DNA of 64,000 bases, taken from Solirubrobacteraceae bacterium (GTDB lineage: Bacteria > Actinomycetota > Thermoleophilia > Solirubrobacterales > Solirubrobacteraceae). A program made the position numbers and the translations under genes. The notes under the pieces are model-generated. The model saw only the letters and a list, made by a program, of their open reading frames with translations. It was not told where the DNA came from and did not search any database. Below, piece after piece: positions 9,378 through 19,847 of this stretch; position 1 is the first letter of the stretch, and the number at the start of each line of letters is the position of its first letter. The DNA is taken from contig DASXKH010000015.1 of assembly GCA_036496915.1 (NCBI GenBank), positions 902-64,901 of the forward strand, written 5' to 3'.

Positions 9378-10778
9378 ATGTCCTCACGACGGCCTATCCC
9401 CGGCATCAGCGAGCTGATCCAGGCGCGCACCGGCGAGGAGCTGGCGCTGAACGATCGCTACCTCAACCCTCAGATGGGCAGGATCCTGCGCACGCTCGGC
9501 TTCGATCGGACCTGGGCGGGGGGCGAGGGCGCGCATCTGATCGATTCCACCGGCGAGCGCTACCTCGACCTGTTCGGCGGCTACGGCGTGTTCGCGATCG
9601 GGCGCTCGCACCCACAGGCGATCGCCGCGATCGAGGAGGCGATGGCGGCGCGCACCGGCAACCTGCCCCAGCTGGGCGTCACCCTGCTGAGCGGCGTGCT
9701 GGCCGAGCAGCTGCTCGCCCGCGCGCCGGGCTCGGTCGGCGCGATGGTGCCCGCGAACACCGGCACCGAGGCCGTGGAGGCGGCGATCAAGATCGCCCGC
9801 GCCGCGACCGGCCGCCCGCGCGTGCTCTACGCCGAGCACGCCTTTCACGGCCTGACGCTCGGCTCGCTCTCACTCAACGGCGATGACATGTTCCGCGACG
9901 GCTTCGGGCCGCTGCTGCCCGGCTGCGATCCCGTGCCGTGGGGCGATCTGGCTGCGCTGGGAGCCCAGCTCGCGCGCGGGGACGTGGCCGCGTTCGTGGT
10001 CGAGCCGGTGCAGGGCAAGGGCGTCAACCTTCCGTCCGACGGCTACCTGGAGGGTGCCCAGACGCTGTGCCGCGAGCACGGGTCGCTGTTCGTGTGCGAC
10101 GAGGTGCAGACCGGTCTCGGGCGCACCGGGCGATTCCTCGCGCTGGAGCACTGGGATCTGCAGCCCGACCTGATCTGTCTCTCCAAGGCGCTGTCCGGGG
10201 GGATGGTGCCGATCGGCGCGGTGCTGGTCTCGCGCGCGGCCTTCGATCGCGTGTTCGACGGCATGGAGCGCGCGGTCCGCCATGGCTCGACGTTCGGCGG
10301 CAACGACCTCGCCGCGGCCGCCGCGCTGGCGACGCTGCGCGTGCTCGAGCAGGAGGATCTGATCGCCCGCTCGCAGCGCCTGGGCGCGCTGCTGCTCGAG
10401 CTGACCGCACCGCTGGTCGAACGCTACGAGGTCGTGCGCGACGTCCGCGGCCTCGGCCTGATGTGGGCGATCGAATTCGGCCCGCCCTCGGGCGCGGCGG
10501 CCCGTCGGCTGTGGGAGACGGTCGAGCGCCGCCAGCCCGGCCTGTTCTCTCAGCTGATCACAGTGCCGCTGTTTCACGAGCACCACATCTTCTGCCAGGT
10601 CGCGGGCCATCGCATGAACGTGATCAAGGCGCTCCCGCCGCTCGTGATCTCCGAGGAGGAGATCCGCCGCTTCGCCGCTGCGCTGGAGGAGACGATCGCG
10701 GCGGCCGAGCGCTACCCCTCGGCGCTCGCGCGCTTCGGTTTGCGTACAGGTATCAGGACGGCACGCTCGCACCGCTAG
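9378..10778 (+). CDS. Class III PLP aminotransferase, HpnO-like
   Basis: [55 protein letters not shown]. The N-terminus [16 protein letters not shown] resembles the hopanoid aminotransferase HpnO family. Confidence 0.8.
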   Translation: MSSRRPIPGISELIQARTGEELALNDRYLNPQMGRILRTLGFDRTWAGGEGAHLIDSTGERYLDLFGGYGVFAIGRSHPQAIAAIEEAMAARTGNLPQLGVTLLSGVLAEQLLARAPGSVGAMVPANTGTEAVEAAIKIARAATGRPRVLYAEHAFHGLTLGSLSLNGDDMFRDGFGPLLPGCDPVPWGDLAALGAQLARGDVAAFVVEPVQGKGVNLPSDGYLEGAQTLCREHGSLFVCDEVQTGLGRTGRFLALEHWDLQPDLICLSKALSGGMVPIGAVLVSRAAFDRVFDGMERAVRHGSTFGGNDLAAAAALATLRVLEQEDLIARSQRLGALLLELTAPLVERYEVVRDVRGLGLMWAIEFGPPSGAAARRLWETVERRQPGLFSQLITVPLFHEHHIFCQVAGHRMNVIKALPPLVISEEEIRRFAAALEETIAAAERYPSALARFGLRTGIRTARSHR

Positions 10779-10789
10779 CCTGTCGGACC

Positions 10790-12640
10790 GTGCTCGTCCC
10801 CAGAGATGACATCCGCAACGTCGCGATCGTCGCGCACGTCGACCACGGCAAGACCACGCTCGTCGACGCGATGCTGTGGCAGTCGGGCGCCTTCCGCGTC
10901 GGACAGGACGTGGCCACGCGCGTGCTGGACTCTATGGACCTCGAGCGCGAGAAGGGGATCACGATCCTCGCCAAGAACACCTCGCTGCGCTACCGCGACG
11001 TCAAGCTGAACATCGTCGACACCCCCGGGCACGCCGACTTCGGCGGGGAGGTCGAGCGTGGGCTGACGATGGTGGACGGGGTGCTGCTGCTCGTGGACGC
11101 CTCCGAGGGTCCGCTGCCGCAGACGCGGTTCGTGCTGCGCAAGGCGCTCGAGGCGGGGCTGCCGGTGATCCTCGTCGTCAACAAGGTCGATCGTCCCGAC
11201 GCGCGCGTGGCGGAGGTCGTGGACGAGGTGTACGAGCTGTTCCTCGACCTCGACGCCGACGAGCACCAGATCGAGTTCCCGATCGTCTACTGCAACGCCA
11301 AGGCCGGGGTTGCCTCGCTCGCGTACGACTCGAATCTGCCTGGTGGGATCAAGGTCGAGGGCGGCAACCTCGCGCCGCTGCTGGACCTGCTGCTGGAGCG
11401 CATCCCCGCGCCGACATATGACCCCGAGCACCCGCTGCAGGCGCTCGTGACGAACCTCGACGCCTCCCCCTACGTGGGCAGGCTGGCGGTCTGCCGCGTG
11501 CGCCACGGGACCATCAAGAAGGGCCAGCAGATCGCCTGGTGTCGCGCGGACGGCTCGATCCAGAAAGCGCAGGTGGCCGAGCTGTACGTCACCGACGCGC
11601 TCGACCGTGTCGACGCGCCCGCGGCGGGGCCGGGGGAGATCATCGCCGTGGCTGGCATCGCCGAGGTGACGATCGGCGAGACGCTCGCCGATCCCGGCGA
11701 TCCGCGGCCGCTGCCCGTGATCACCGTGGACGAGCCCGCGATGTCGATCACGCTCGGCGTCAACACCTCGCCGCTGGCGGGCAAAGACGGGAGCAAGCTG
11801 ACGGCCAGGCAGATCAAGGCCCGGCTCGACCAAGAGCTGATCGGCAACGTCTCGCTGCGCGTGCGCGAGACCGCGCGGCCGGACACGTATGAGGTGCAGG
11901 GCCGCGGTGAGCTGCAGCTGGCGGTGCTCGTGGAGATGATGCGGCGGGAAGGCTTCGAGCTCACCGTCGGGCAGCCGCACGTGGTCGAGCGCGAGATCGA
12001 CGGCAAGCGCCACGAGCCGGTCGAGCGCCTGTCGGTGGACGTGCCCGAGGAGCACGTCGGGACGGTCACGCAGCTGCTGGCGGCGCGGAAAGGGCGGATG
12101 GAGCACATGACCAACCACGGCACGGGCTGGGTGCGCATGGACTACCTCGTGCCGGCGCGCGGGCTGATCGGGTTTCGCACCGAGTTTCTCACCGAAACGC
12201 GCGGCACCGGGATCATGCACCACGTGTTCGACCGCTGGGAGCCGTGGGCGGGTGAGCTGCTCACGCGCCAGAGCGGCGTGCTCGTGGCCGATCGCCGCGG
12301 CGAGACGGTCACGTTCTCGCTGTTCACGTTGCAGGAGCGCGGCTCGCTGTTTGTGGGCCCCGGCGAGGAGGTATACGAAGGGATGATCATCGGCGAGAAC
12401 GCCCGCTCGGATGACCTCGACGTGAACCCGGTCAAGGAGAAGCACCTGACGAACATGCGCTCATCCACTTCCGACGTGCTCGTGCGCCTGGACGCGCACC
12501 GCAAACTGACGCTCGACGAGGCGCTCGAGTTCGTGCGCGAGGACGAGGCCGTCGAGGCGACGCCCTCCTCGGTGCGCATGCGCAAGGTCGTGCTGCCGAA
12601 GGTCGAGCGGTTGAAGGCGATGCGCAACGCGCGCAAGTGA
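10790..12640 (+). CDS. typA: Translational GTPase TypA/BipA
   Basis: [70 protein letters not shown]. Confidence 0.97.
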   Translation: MLVPRDDIRNVAIVAHVDHGKTTLVDAMLWQSGAFRVGQDVATRVLDSMDLEREKGITILAKNTSLRYRDVKLNIVDTPGHADFGGEVERGLTMVDGVLLLVDASEGPLPQTRFVLRKALEAGLPVILVVNKVDRPDARVAEVVDEVYELFLDLDADEHQIEFPIVYCNAKAGVASLAYDSNLPGGIKVEGGNLAPLLDLLLERIPAPTYDPEHPLQALVTNLDASPYVGRLAVCRVRHGTIKKGQQIAWCRADGSIQKAQVAELYVTDALDRVDAPAAGPGEIIAVAGIAEVTIGETLADPGDPRPLPVITVDEPAMSITLGVNTSPLAGKDGSKLTARQIKARLDQELIGNVSLRVRETARPDTYEVQGRGELQLAVLVEMMRREGFELTVGQPHVVEREIDGKRHEPVERLSVDVPEEHVGTVTQLLAARKGRMEHMTNHGTGWVRMDYLVPARGLIGFRTEFLTETRGTGIMHHVFDRWEPWAGELLTRQSGVLVADRRGETVTFSLFTLQERGSLFVGPGEEVYEGMIIGENARSDDLDVNPVKEKHLTNMRSSTSDVLVRLDAHRKLTLDEALEFVREDEAVEATPSSVRMRKVVLPKVERLKAMRNARK

Positions 12641-13524
12641 GCGAGATCGGCCTCAACGGGCTGGTCAAGTCCTTCCCCGGCCCGGACGGCCCGATCGAGG
12701 CGGTGCGGGGGATCGACGTGCGGATCGCGGCGGGCGAGACGGTCGCACTGCTGGGCCCCAACGGCGCGGGCAAGTCGACCACGATCGACATGCTGCTCGG
12801 GCTGCTGGAGCCCGAAGCGGGCAGCGTGTCGGTGTTTGGCCGCTCGCCCGGCGAGGCGGTCGCGCAGGGCGCGGTCGGCGCGATGTTGCAGACGGGTGCG
12901 CTGATCAGGGACCTGTCCGCGCGCGAGCTGGTCACGATGATCGCCTCGCTTTACCCCGCGCCGCTCGGCGTCGAGGAGGTGCTGAAGCTGACGGGCGCGA
13001 GCGAGTTCGCCGACCAGCGCACGCAGAAGCTGTCGGGCGGGCAGACCCAGCGCGTGCGCTGCGCGATCGCGCTCGTCAGCGACCCCGAGCTGCTGGTGCT
13101 GGACGAGCCGACCGCCGCCATGGACGTGGAGGGCAGGCGCTCGTTCTGGGCGACGATGCGCGAGTTTGCCGCGCGCGGCAAGACGATCCTGTTCGCCACT
13201 CACTACCTGGAGGAGGCTGACGTCTACGCCGACCGGGCTGTGCTGATGGCCCACGGTCGGATCGTCGCCGACGGGCCGACGAACGAGATCAAGGCGATGG
13301 TCGGCACGCGCACGATCCGCGCGACGCTGCCAGACGGCGATCAGGCCACGCTGGCGGCGCTGCCTGGTGTCGGCGGGGTCGAGCGCCGCGGCGAGGCGGT
13401 CGTCCTGAGCTGCACCGACTCCGACGCGGCGATCAGGGCGCTGCTGTCCGCCTACCCCGAGGCGCGCGACATCGAGATCGTCGCCGCGGGCCTGGAGGAG
13501 GCGTTCGTGGAGCTGACGGGATGA
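12637..13524 (+). CDS. ABC exporter ATP-binding subunit
   Basis: [29 protein letters not shown] overlap with typA. Confidence 0.93.
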   Translation: MSEIGLNGLVKSFPGPDGPIEAVRGIDVRIAAGETVALLGPNGAGKSTTIDMLLGLLEPEAGSVSVFGRSPGEAVAQGAVGAMLQTGALIRDLSARELVTMIASLYPAPLGVEEVLKLTGASEFADQRTQKLSGGQTQRVRCAIALVSDPELLVLDEPTAAMDVEGRRSFWATMREFAARGKTILFATHYLEEADVYADRAVLMAHGRIVADGPTNEIKAMVGTRTIRATLPDGDQATLAALPGVGGVERRGEAVVLSCTDSDAAIRALLSAYPEARDIEIVAAGLEEAFVELTG

Positions 13525-14258
13525 ACCCGCTCGTCTACACCCGGTATGAGCTGCTGCGGACGCTGCGCAACCGCCGCTTCTTCTTTCTGTCGCTCGCGTT
13601 TCCGCTGATCCTGTACTTCGTGATCGCGGGCTCGAGCCGCAACGTGAAGAACCTCGCCGGCACGGGCATCTCGGCGCCGCTGTACTTCATGGTCGGGCTG
13701 GCGGCGTTCGGGACGATGAGCGCGATGCTCTCGAGCGGCGCGCGGATCGCCGCCGAGCGGGCCGTGGGCTGGAACCGGCAGCTGCGCATAACGCCGCTGT
13801 CGACGCGCGACTACTTCCGGGCGAAGGTGCTGACGGCGTACATGATGGCGCTGATCAGCCTGTTCGCGCTGTACGCGGCGGGGGCGTCGCTCGGTGTCAG
13901 CCTGGCGGCGAGCGACTGGCTCGCGATGACCGGCCTGATCGTCGTCGGGCTGATCCCGTTCGCCGCGGGAGGCGTGATGCTCGGGCACATGCTCACCCCC
14001 GAGTCGATCGGCCCGGCGATGGGCGGAGGCATCGCACTGCTGGCGTTCTTCGGCGGCACCTGGTTCCCGCTCCCCACCCATGGATTCCTGCACGACCTGG
14101 GGCAGTTGCTGCCCTCCTACTGGCTCGTGCAGGCCAGCCACGTCGCGCTCGGCGGGCACGCCTGGCCGCTGAAGGGATGGGTCGTGATCGCGGTCTGGAC
14201 GATCGTGCTGAGCCGGCTCGCCGCGCGCGCGTATCGGAAGGACACGGGGCGGGTTTAA
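13521..14258 (+). CDS. ABC-2 type permease
   Basis: Six predicted TM segments, IAAERAVGW, GTWFPL, LPSYW. ATGA overlap. Confidence 0.92.
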   Translation: MNPLVYTRYELLRTLRNRRFFFLSLAFPLILYFVIAGSSRNVKNLAGTGISAPLYFMVGLAAFGTMSAMLSSGARIAAERAVGWNRQLRITPLSTRDYFRAKVLTAYMMALISLFALYAAGASLGVSLAASDWLAMTGLIVVGLIPFAAGGVMLGHMLTPESIGPAMGGGIALLAFFGGTWFPLPTHGFLHDLGQLLPSYWLVQASHVALGGHAWPLKGWVVIAVWTIVLSRLAARAYRKDTGRV

Positions 14259-14262
14259 CAGA

Positions 14263-14287
14263 CGAGGCCCGCGGTGAGCGGGCCTCG
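14263..14287 (+). terminator. GC-rich hairpin after the ABC permease
   Basis: CGAGGCCCGC-GGTGA-GCGGGCCTCG; no U tract. Confidence 0.55.
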
Positions 14288-14357
14288 GGGTGCAACGCGA
14301 CCGTCCCTCGTACTGTGAATGCTACCGATGTCGGCTGGTGTCGATAAGGTGCCGCCG

Positions 14358-14834
14358 ATGAGATCGATGAGAGTTGCCCCCATCGCCCTGTTGAGCGTGG
14401 TCCTGGCGATGACTGTAACTGCCATGAGCGCGTCGGCGGCGACCGTGATCCACTTCCAGAGCGAGAGCCTGCCGGCGTTCGAGGCTCAGCTGCACAAGCG
14501 CGAAGTGCACGCGGTGACGTTCCACCCGACGCCCGCGCCGGGGCACATCCACGTCTCGATGAACGACGGCAAGCACTACACGGTCATCTACAGCGCCTCC
14601 GACCAGGCGCACCTGATCACGCTTGCGACCGCGAACGGCGCGCGCTATACGGTCGCGACGGTCAAACCGAAAGCCGCGAAGTCGACGCACCACACGCTGC
14701 GCTACATCGCCGGCGGGATCGTGATCGTCGTGATCGTGGTCGTCGTGACGGTGCTGCTGGTCGATCGCCGCCGCAAGCTGAACGAGGGCGGCGACGCGGA
14801 TGCCAAGCCTGCCCCGGGGGATTCCGCTACGTAG
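14358..14834 (+). CDS. Exported membrane-anchored hypothetical protein (FtsH extracellular-domain-like)
   Basis: Signal peptide ending ASA, soluble domain (LPAFEAQLHKREVHAVTF), C-terminal TM IAGGIVIVVIVVVVTVLLV followed by DRRRK. A TAAGGT -10 box 7 nt before ATG 14358 supports this start. Confidence 0.75.
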   Translation: MRSMRVAPIALLSVVLAMTVTAMSASAATVIHFQSESLPAFEAQLHKREVHAVTFHPTPAPGHIHVSMNDGKHYTVIYSASDQAHLITLATANGARYTVATVKPKAAKSTHHTLRYIAGGIVIVVIVVVVTVLLVDRRRKLNEGGDADAKPAPGDSAT

Positions 14835-16265
14835 TCAGAACCCGGTGTTCGTCTTGACGCGTTTGCGATCGGCCTCGTGCAGGCCGCCCTTGGCGTCGAG
14901 CGTGGCGCAGGCCTGCTTGATGTCCTGGCCGAGGGCGACGGTGAGCGAGTGGCTGAGCGTCTGCTTGACGAGCACGCGCATGATCTTGACGTGCTCGGCG
15001 TTGGGGGGGAGCGTGTAGGCGGGCACCATCCAGGCTCGCTCGGCAGCCAGCTGAGCGGCGACGTCGAACTCGTCGTAGTCGTGTTCGCCTGAGAGTTTGA
15101 AGGCGACGAGCGGGAGCTGCTCGTCCTGTTCGCCGCCGATCAGCTCGAAGTCGCAGTCGGCGATCTCCTTCGCGAGCGTGCGCGCGTTGTACTTCATCGT
15201 CTCCATCGCGTAGCGGTAGCCGGAGTGGCCGAGGCGGACGAAGTTGTAGTACTGCGCGAGCACCATCGCCGAGCCGGTGGAGAAGTTGAGCGTGAAGGTG
15301 GCATCGCGCTTACCTAGGTAGTTCTCGTAGAAGACGAGGTCCTCGGCGAGGTCGCTCTTCTCTCTGAAGATCAGCCAGCCGATGCCGGGGTAGACGAGCC
15401 CGAACTTGTGGCCGGAGACGTTGATCGAGCGGACCTGTTGCAGGCGGAAGTCCCATTCGGAGCCGGGGTAGAGGAACGGCCAGACGAAGCCGCCGGAGGC
15501 GGCGTCGACATGGATCGGCACGTCCAGGCCCTTGTCGTGCTTGAGGCCGACGAGCAGGTCGTTGATCCCTTGAACGTCGTCGGCGTGCCCGGTGAACGTG
15601 GTGCCGAGCACGGCGGCGACGGCGATCGTGTTCTCGTCGACATGGGGCTCCACGTCCTCGGGGCCGATCGTGTACTTGTCGGGCGCGAGCGGGACGATGC
15701 GCGGCTCGACGTCGAAGTAGCGGCAGAACTTCTCCCACACGACGTGCACGTCGCCCCCGAACACGAGGTTGGGGCGGCTGGTGTCCTTGCCGGCGGCCTC
15801 GCGGCGCTCGCGCCACTTCCACTTCAGCGACAGCGCGCCGAGCATGATCGCCTCGGACGATCCCTGCGTGCGCGCGCCGGTGGTCTCGCCGGGGGCGTTG
15901 AAGAGGTCGGCGAGCATGCGGATGCAGCGCTGCTCGATCTCGGCCGACTGCGGGTACTCGGCGTGGTCGATGAAGTTCACCTTCAGCGCAGCGTCGATCA
16001 CCTGGTGGGCCTCGGGCTCCATCCAGGTGGTGACGAACGTCGCGAGGTTGCGCATGGGCAGGCCGTCGAGGATCATTTCCTCGCCGACCAGGCGCATCGC
16101 TTCCTGGGCGGACATGCCCGTCTTGGGAAGTTTGTTGTCGGGCGGGGGCTCGAGCAGGAAGCGGTTGCCGAACTTGCCCTCCAATTTCTCGATTTGCGCG
16201 AGCGTCAGCGGGGGCGGGCTCGTATCGGGCCGATCCTCGGCAGGTTGCTGCTGGTGGGGCGGCAT
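14835..16265 (-). CDS. gadB: Glutamate decarboxylase
   Basis: NLATFVTTWME, NFIDHAEYP, GSSEAIML, IHVDAASGGF, NVSGHKFGLVYPG. A TATGAT -10 box lies 8 nt before the ATG. Confidence 0.95.
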   Translation of the reverse strand: MPPHQQQPAEDRPDTSPPPLTLAQIEKLEGKFGNRFLLEPPPDNKLPKTGMSAQEAMRLVGEEMILDGLPMRNLATFVTTWMEPEAHQVIDAALKVNFIDHAEYPQSAEIEQRCIRMLADLFNAPGETTGARTQGSSEAIMLGALSLKWKWRERREAAGKDTSRPNLVFGGDVHVVWEKFCRYFDVEPRIVPLAPDKYTIGPEDVEPHVDENTIAVAAVLGTTFTGHADDVQGINDLLVGLKHDKGLDVPIHVDAASGGFVWPFLYPGSEWDFRLQQVRSINVSGHKFGLVYPGIGWLIFREKSDLAEDLVFYENYLGKRDATFTLNFSTGSAMVLAQYYNFVRLGHSGYRYAMETMKYNARTLAKEIADCDFELIGGEQDEQLPLVAFKLSGEHDYDEFDVAAQLAAERAWMVPAYTLPPNAEHVKIMRVLVKQTLSHSLTVALGQDIKQACATLDAKGGLHEADRKRVKTNTGF

Positions 16266-16317
16266 GCGTGGCGATCATACTCGCGACCCGCGCGGGCGGG
16301 GAGAGCGCCAAGGCAAG

Positions 16318-16336
16318 AATAAGACTCAATCTTGAT
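16318..16336. promoter_or_regulatory. Putative Zur/Fur operator upstream of the metal ABC operon
   Basis: AT-rich imperfect palindrome AATAAGACTCAATCTTGAT in a very GC-rich context, immediately upstream of the operon that encodes the Fur-family regulator. Confidence 0.45.
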
Positions 16337-16347
16337 AGGGTGGGCAA

Positions 16348-17343
16348 GTGGCTGTGCACGGACAGCGCGAAGGGTGTCGCTCCCGCTCACGCGGGCGGGC
16401 GGTGTGGCCGGCGCGTCCACGCATGTTGGCGGTGGTGGTCTGCGCTCTGGTGGCCGCGTTCCTCGCGGGCTGCGACAAGAGCGGGCCGAGCGCGCCGGCC
16501 GGCACGGGAGGGGGCGCCGGCAGGCTGAGGGTGGTGGCCGCGGAGAACTTCTGGGGCGGCATCGCGAGCCAGCTGGGTGGGAGCAGGGTCGCTGTGAGCA
16601 GCATCATCGTCAACCCGGACACCGATCCGCACAGCTACGAGCCGACGGCGGCGGACGCGCGGACGATGGCGGGCGCACGGCTGGCGATCGTGAACGGGAT
16701 CGGGTACGACAACTGGGCGCCTAAGCTGCTCGCGGCCAGCCCCGCGGAAGGCGACGGGCGAGTGGTGCTGAACGTGGGCGAGGCGGTGGGGCTGAAGGAC
16801 GGCGATAACCCTCACCAGTGGTACTCGCCGGCGAGCGTGAGGCGGATCGTGGGGGAGATCGTCGCCGATTACGACAGGCTCGACCCGGCCGGCGCGGAGT
16901 ACTACGCCGCACGGGAGAGGGCCTTCGAGACCAAGAGCCTCGCGCGCTACGACGAACTGCGGGCGCAGATCCGGGCGCGATACGCGGGCACGTCGGTGGG
17001 CTACAGCGAGAGCATCTTCCGACCGCTCGGCGAAGACCTCGGGCTGAGGCTGATGACCCCTTACAGCTTCGCCAAGGCGATCGCCGAGGGCGGCGAAGTG
17101 AGCGCGCAGGACAAGCGGACGGTGGACCGGCAGGCCGAACGTCGCGAAATCAAGGTGTGGGTGTTCAACAGCCAGAACGTCACGCCGGACGTGCAGCGCG
17201 TCAACGAAATCGCGCGGGCGCACGGGATTCCGATCGCGACCGTGACGGAGACGCTGGCGCCAGCGGGCGACACCTTCGAGCAGTGGCAGGTGGCGCAGCT
17301 GGAAGGGCTCGAGCGGGCGTTGCGCGCGGGGACGGGGCGGTGA
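16348..17343 (+). CDS. Zn/Mn ABC transporter substrate-binding lipoprotein (ZnuA-like)
   Basis: Lipobox LAGC, DPHSYEPT, NPHQWYSP, SES and ET ligand motifs. Start uncertain. Confidence 0.92.
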   Translation: MAVHGQREGCRSRSRGRAVWPARPRMLAVVVCALVAAFLAGCDKSGPSAPAGTGGGAGRLRVVAAENFWGGIASQLGGSRVAVSSIIVNPDTDPHSYEPTAADARTMAGARLAIVNGIGYDNWAPKLLAASPAEGDGRVVLNVGEAVGLKDGDNPHQWYSPASVRRIVGEIVADYDRLDPAGAEYYAARERAFETKSLARYDELRAQIRARYAGTSVGYSESIFRPLGEDLGLRLMTPYSFAKAIAEGGEVSAQDKRTVDRQAERREIKVWVFNSQNVTPDVQRVNEIARAHGIPIATVTETLAPAGDTFEQWQVAQLEGLERALRAGTGR

Positions 17344-17347
17344 GCCC

Positions 17348-18220
17348 GTGACGGGCATCGCCGTGGACGGCGAGCCGGCGATCGAGCTGCGCGACGCGTC
17401 GCTGCGCCTCGGCGGGCGCACGATCTGGAGCGGCGTCGATCTGCTTGTGGGAGAGGGGGAGTTCGTCGCGATTCTGGGACCGAACGGAGCGGGCAAGTCC
17501 ACCCTGCTGGAGGTGTTGCTCGGCCTGCTTGAGCTCGCGCACGGCGAGGTCGCGGTGCTGGGCGGTCCGGCCGGTTCGGGCAACGAGCGCATCGGCTACC
17601 TGCCGCAGCGGCGGGTGTTCGACGCGAGCACGCGGGTGCGCGGAATCGACGTCGTACGCCTGGGTCTGGACGGGCGGCGCTGGGGGGTGCCGTTGCCGCT
17701 GGCGGGGCGGTTCAGTGCGCGGGCGCGCTCCGATCGCGAGCTGGTGGCGCAGGCGATCGAGCAAGTCGGCGCGAGCGCGTACGCGGGACGGCCGATTGGA
17801 GAGTGCTCGGGCGGAGAGCAGCAGCGGTTGCTGATCGCCCAGGCGCTCGTGCAGTCTCCGCGAATGCTGATCCTGGACGAGCCGCTCGACGGCCTCGACC
17901 TGCCCAACCAGGCGGGGGTCGCGGCGCTGGTGCAGGGCATCTGCCGCGCGCAGGGGGTGACCGTGCTGCTGGTCGCACACGACGTCAACCCGCTGCTGCC
18001 CTATGTCGATCGCGTTCTGTACCTGGCCGGGGGCCACGCGGCGATGGGAACGCCCGAGCAGGTGATCACGAGCGAGACGCTGAGCGGCCTGTATGGGGCG
18101 CCGGTGGAGGTGCTCAAGGCGCGTGACGGGCGGCTGGTCGTCGTCGGTGAGCCGGAGGCGCCCCACCAGCACGGACCGCGACATGGGCATGAGCACGGAC
18201 CGCGGCACGTGTTGCGATGA
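17348..18220 (+). CDS. Metal ABC transporter ATP-binding subunit with His-rich tail
   Basis: [30 protein letters not shown]-terminus HQHGPRHGHEHGPRH. Confidence 0.93.
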   Translation: MTGIAVDGEPAIELRDASLRLGGRTIWSGVDLLVGEGEFVAILGPNGAGKSTLLEVLLGLLELAHGEVAVLGGPAGSGNERIGYLPQRRVFDASTRVRGIDVVRLGLDGRRWGVPLPLAGRFSARARSDRELVAQAIEQVGASAYAGRPIGECSGGEQQRLLIAQALVQSPRMLILDEPLDGLDLPNQAGVAALVQGICRAQGVTVLLVAHDVNPLLPYVDRVLYLAGGHAAMGTPEQVITSETLSGLYGAPVEVLKARDGRLVVVGEPEAPHQHGPRHGHEHGPRHVLR

Positions 18221-19062
18221 ATCCCCACCTCACGTGGAACCTGGCGGCGGACGTGCGCCAGCTGGTGGAATACAGGTTCATGGTCAACGCCCTTCTGGCG
18301 GCGAGCGTGGTGGCGGTGATGGCGGCGGTGGTGGGCTGGTTCATGGTGCTGCGGCGGGAGACGTTCGCGGGACACACGCTGTCGATGATGTCGTTCCCGG
18401 GCGCGGCGGCGGCGGCGCTCATGGGGCTGCCGCTCGCGGCGGGCTACTTTGCGTTCTGCACCGCCGGCGCGCTCGTCATCGCCGGCGCCTCTGGCGTGGG
18501 TGGAAGGCGCGCGCCGGCACAGGAGTCGGCCGTCATCGGGACGGTGGGGGCGCTGGCGCTGGCGCTGGGATTCCTGCTGCTGAGCGTGTATGGCGGAGTG
18601 CTGGAGAGCCTGGAGTCGCTGCTGTTCGGCTCGATCCTGGGAGTCACGCGTGGGCAGGTTCTGACCCTGGCGATCGTGGCGGTGTGCGTGCTCTCGCTGC
18701 TCGCCCTCGCGGGGCGCCCGCTGCTGTTCGCGTCCATCGACGAACCGCTCGCCCGCGCACGTCGCGTGCCTGTCGGCTCGCTGTCGGTGGCGTTCCTGCT
18801 GATGCTCGGGCTCGCGGTCGCCGCGACCGCGCAGATCACGGGCGTGCTGCTGGTGTTCGCGCTGCTCGTGGCGCCGGCCGGGATCGCGCGCGAGCTGACC
18901 CCGCGCATCGACGCCGGTCTCGCACTGAGCGTGCTGCTGGGGCTCGTGATCGCGTGGGTCGGCCTGGGATTGTCGTACTTCACCAACTACTCCCCCGGGT
19001 TCTACGTGAGCACGATCGCGCTCGTGCTCTACGCGGGCGCGCGCGTCGCGCGGAGCGTGTGA
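18217..19062 (+). CDS. Metal ABC transporter permease 1 (ZnuB-like)
   Basis: GWFMVLRRETFAGHTLS, LLFG, RPLLFASID. ATGA overlap. Confidence 0.92.
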   Translation: MNPHLTWNLAADVRQLVEYRFMVNALLAASVVAVMAAVVGWFMVLRRETFAGHTLSMMSFPGAAAAALMGLPLAAGYFAFCTAGALVIAGASGVGGRRAPAQESAVIGTVGALALALGFLLLSVYGGVLESLESLLFGSILGVTRGQVLTLAIVAVCVLSLLALAGRPLLFASIDEPLARARRVPVGSLSVAFLLMLGLAVAATAQITGVLLVFALLVAPAGIARELTPRIDAGLALSVLLGLVIAWVGLGLSYFTNYSPGFYVSTIALVLYAGARVARSV

Positions 19063-19847
19063 TGGGGTTCTTTGACAATGCGCTGCTCGCGGGCTCCTGC
19101 ATCGCGATCGCGAGCGGTCTGATCGGCTGGTTCGTGGTGCTGCGAGTACAGGTGTTCGCCGGAGACGCGCTCAGCCATGTCGCGTTCACCGGCGCCCTGG
19201 CAGCGGCCGCGGCGGGACTGGATCTGCGTCTGGGGCTGTTCGTCGCGACCGTCGCGGTGGCGCTGGGGCTGGCGGCGCTGGGCGAGCGCGCGCGCGCGGA
19301 CGACGTGACGATCGGCATCGTGTTCGTGGGGACGCTCGGACTCGGCGTGCTCTGCCTGGACCTGTTCAACGCGGGCGCGGCCGGGGCGAACGGGACGATC
19401 GCCGCGCGCGCCCTGTTCGGCTCGATCTTCAGCCTGACGGCGGGCGAGGCTCAGCTCGCGGCGCTGATCGCGGCCGGGATCGTGGCTGCGCTGCTGAGCA
19501 TCGGTCGGCCGCTGCTGTTCGCCTCGCTGGACGAGTCGGTCGCGGCCGCCGGCGGGGTGCCGGTGCGGGCGCTCGGGCTCGCCTTCCTGGCGCTGCTCGG
19601 CCTCGACGCCGCCGAGGCGACGCAGGCGGTCGGCGCGCTGCTGCTGCTCGGTCTGCTCGCGGCGCCGGCCGGCGCCGCTCATCGACTGACCGCGAGCCCG
19701 TACCGAGGGATGGCGTTGTCGGCCACGATCGCGCTGGTCTCGATGTGGATCGGACTGGCTTTGAGCTACTGGATCGCGGTGTTGGCACCGGGCAGCATGG
19801 TGGTCCTCGTGGCGGCGGCGTTCTACGCTCTTACTGCCCTGCTATGA
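19062..19847 (+). CDS. Metal ABC transporter permease 2 (ZnuB-like)
   Basis: GWFVVLRVQVFAGDALSHVAF, LFGSIF, RPLLFASLD. TGATG overlap. Confidence 0.92.
   Translation: MGFFDNALLAGSCIAIASGLIGWFVVLRVQVFAGDALSHVAFTGALAAAAAGLDLRLGLFVATVAVALGLAALGERARADDVTIGIVFVGTLGLGVLCLDLFNAGAAGANGTIAARALFGSIFSLTAGEAQLAALIAAGIVAALLSIGRPLLFASLDESVAAAGGVPVRALGLAFLALLGLDAAEATQAVGALLLLGLLAAPAGAAHRLTASPYRGMALSATIALVSMWIGLALSYWIAVLAPGSMVVLVAAAFYALTALL

Noticed and set aside
5885-9886. 1333-aa plus-strand ORF
   Set aside because: Antisense or off-frame shadow of gnd, the HAD gene, pgi and rpmF; R/A/G-rich with no motifs, as expected in high-GC DNA.
9938-10789. ORF-track N-terminal extensions (typA from 9938, ndh from 3358, cydB from 4296, pstA from 41276, pstB2 from 47000, algH from 26789)
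   Set aside because: They overlap real upstream genes; RBS or stop-start overlaps indicate shorter starts.
12572-12585. TGCGCATGCGCA palindrome in typA as a member of the GCATGC family
   Set aside because: Only 12 bp, inside a conserved coding sequence, and compatible with chance.
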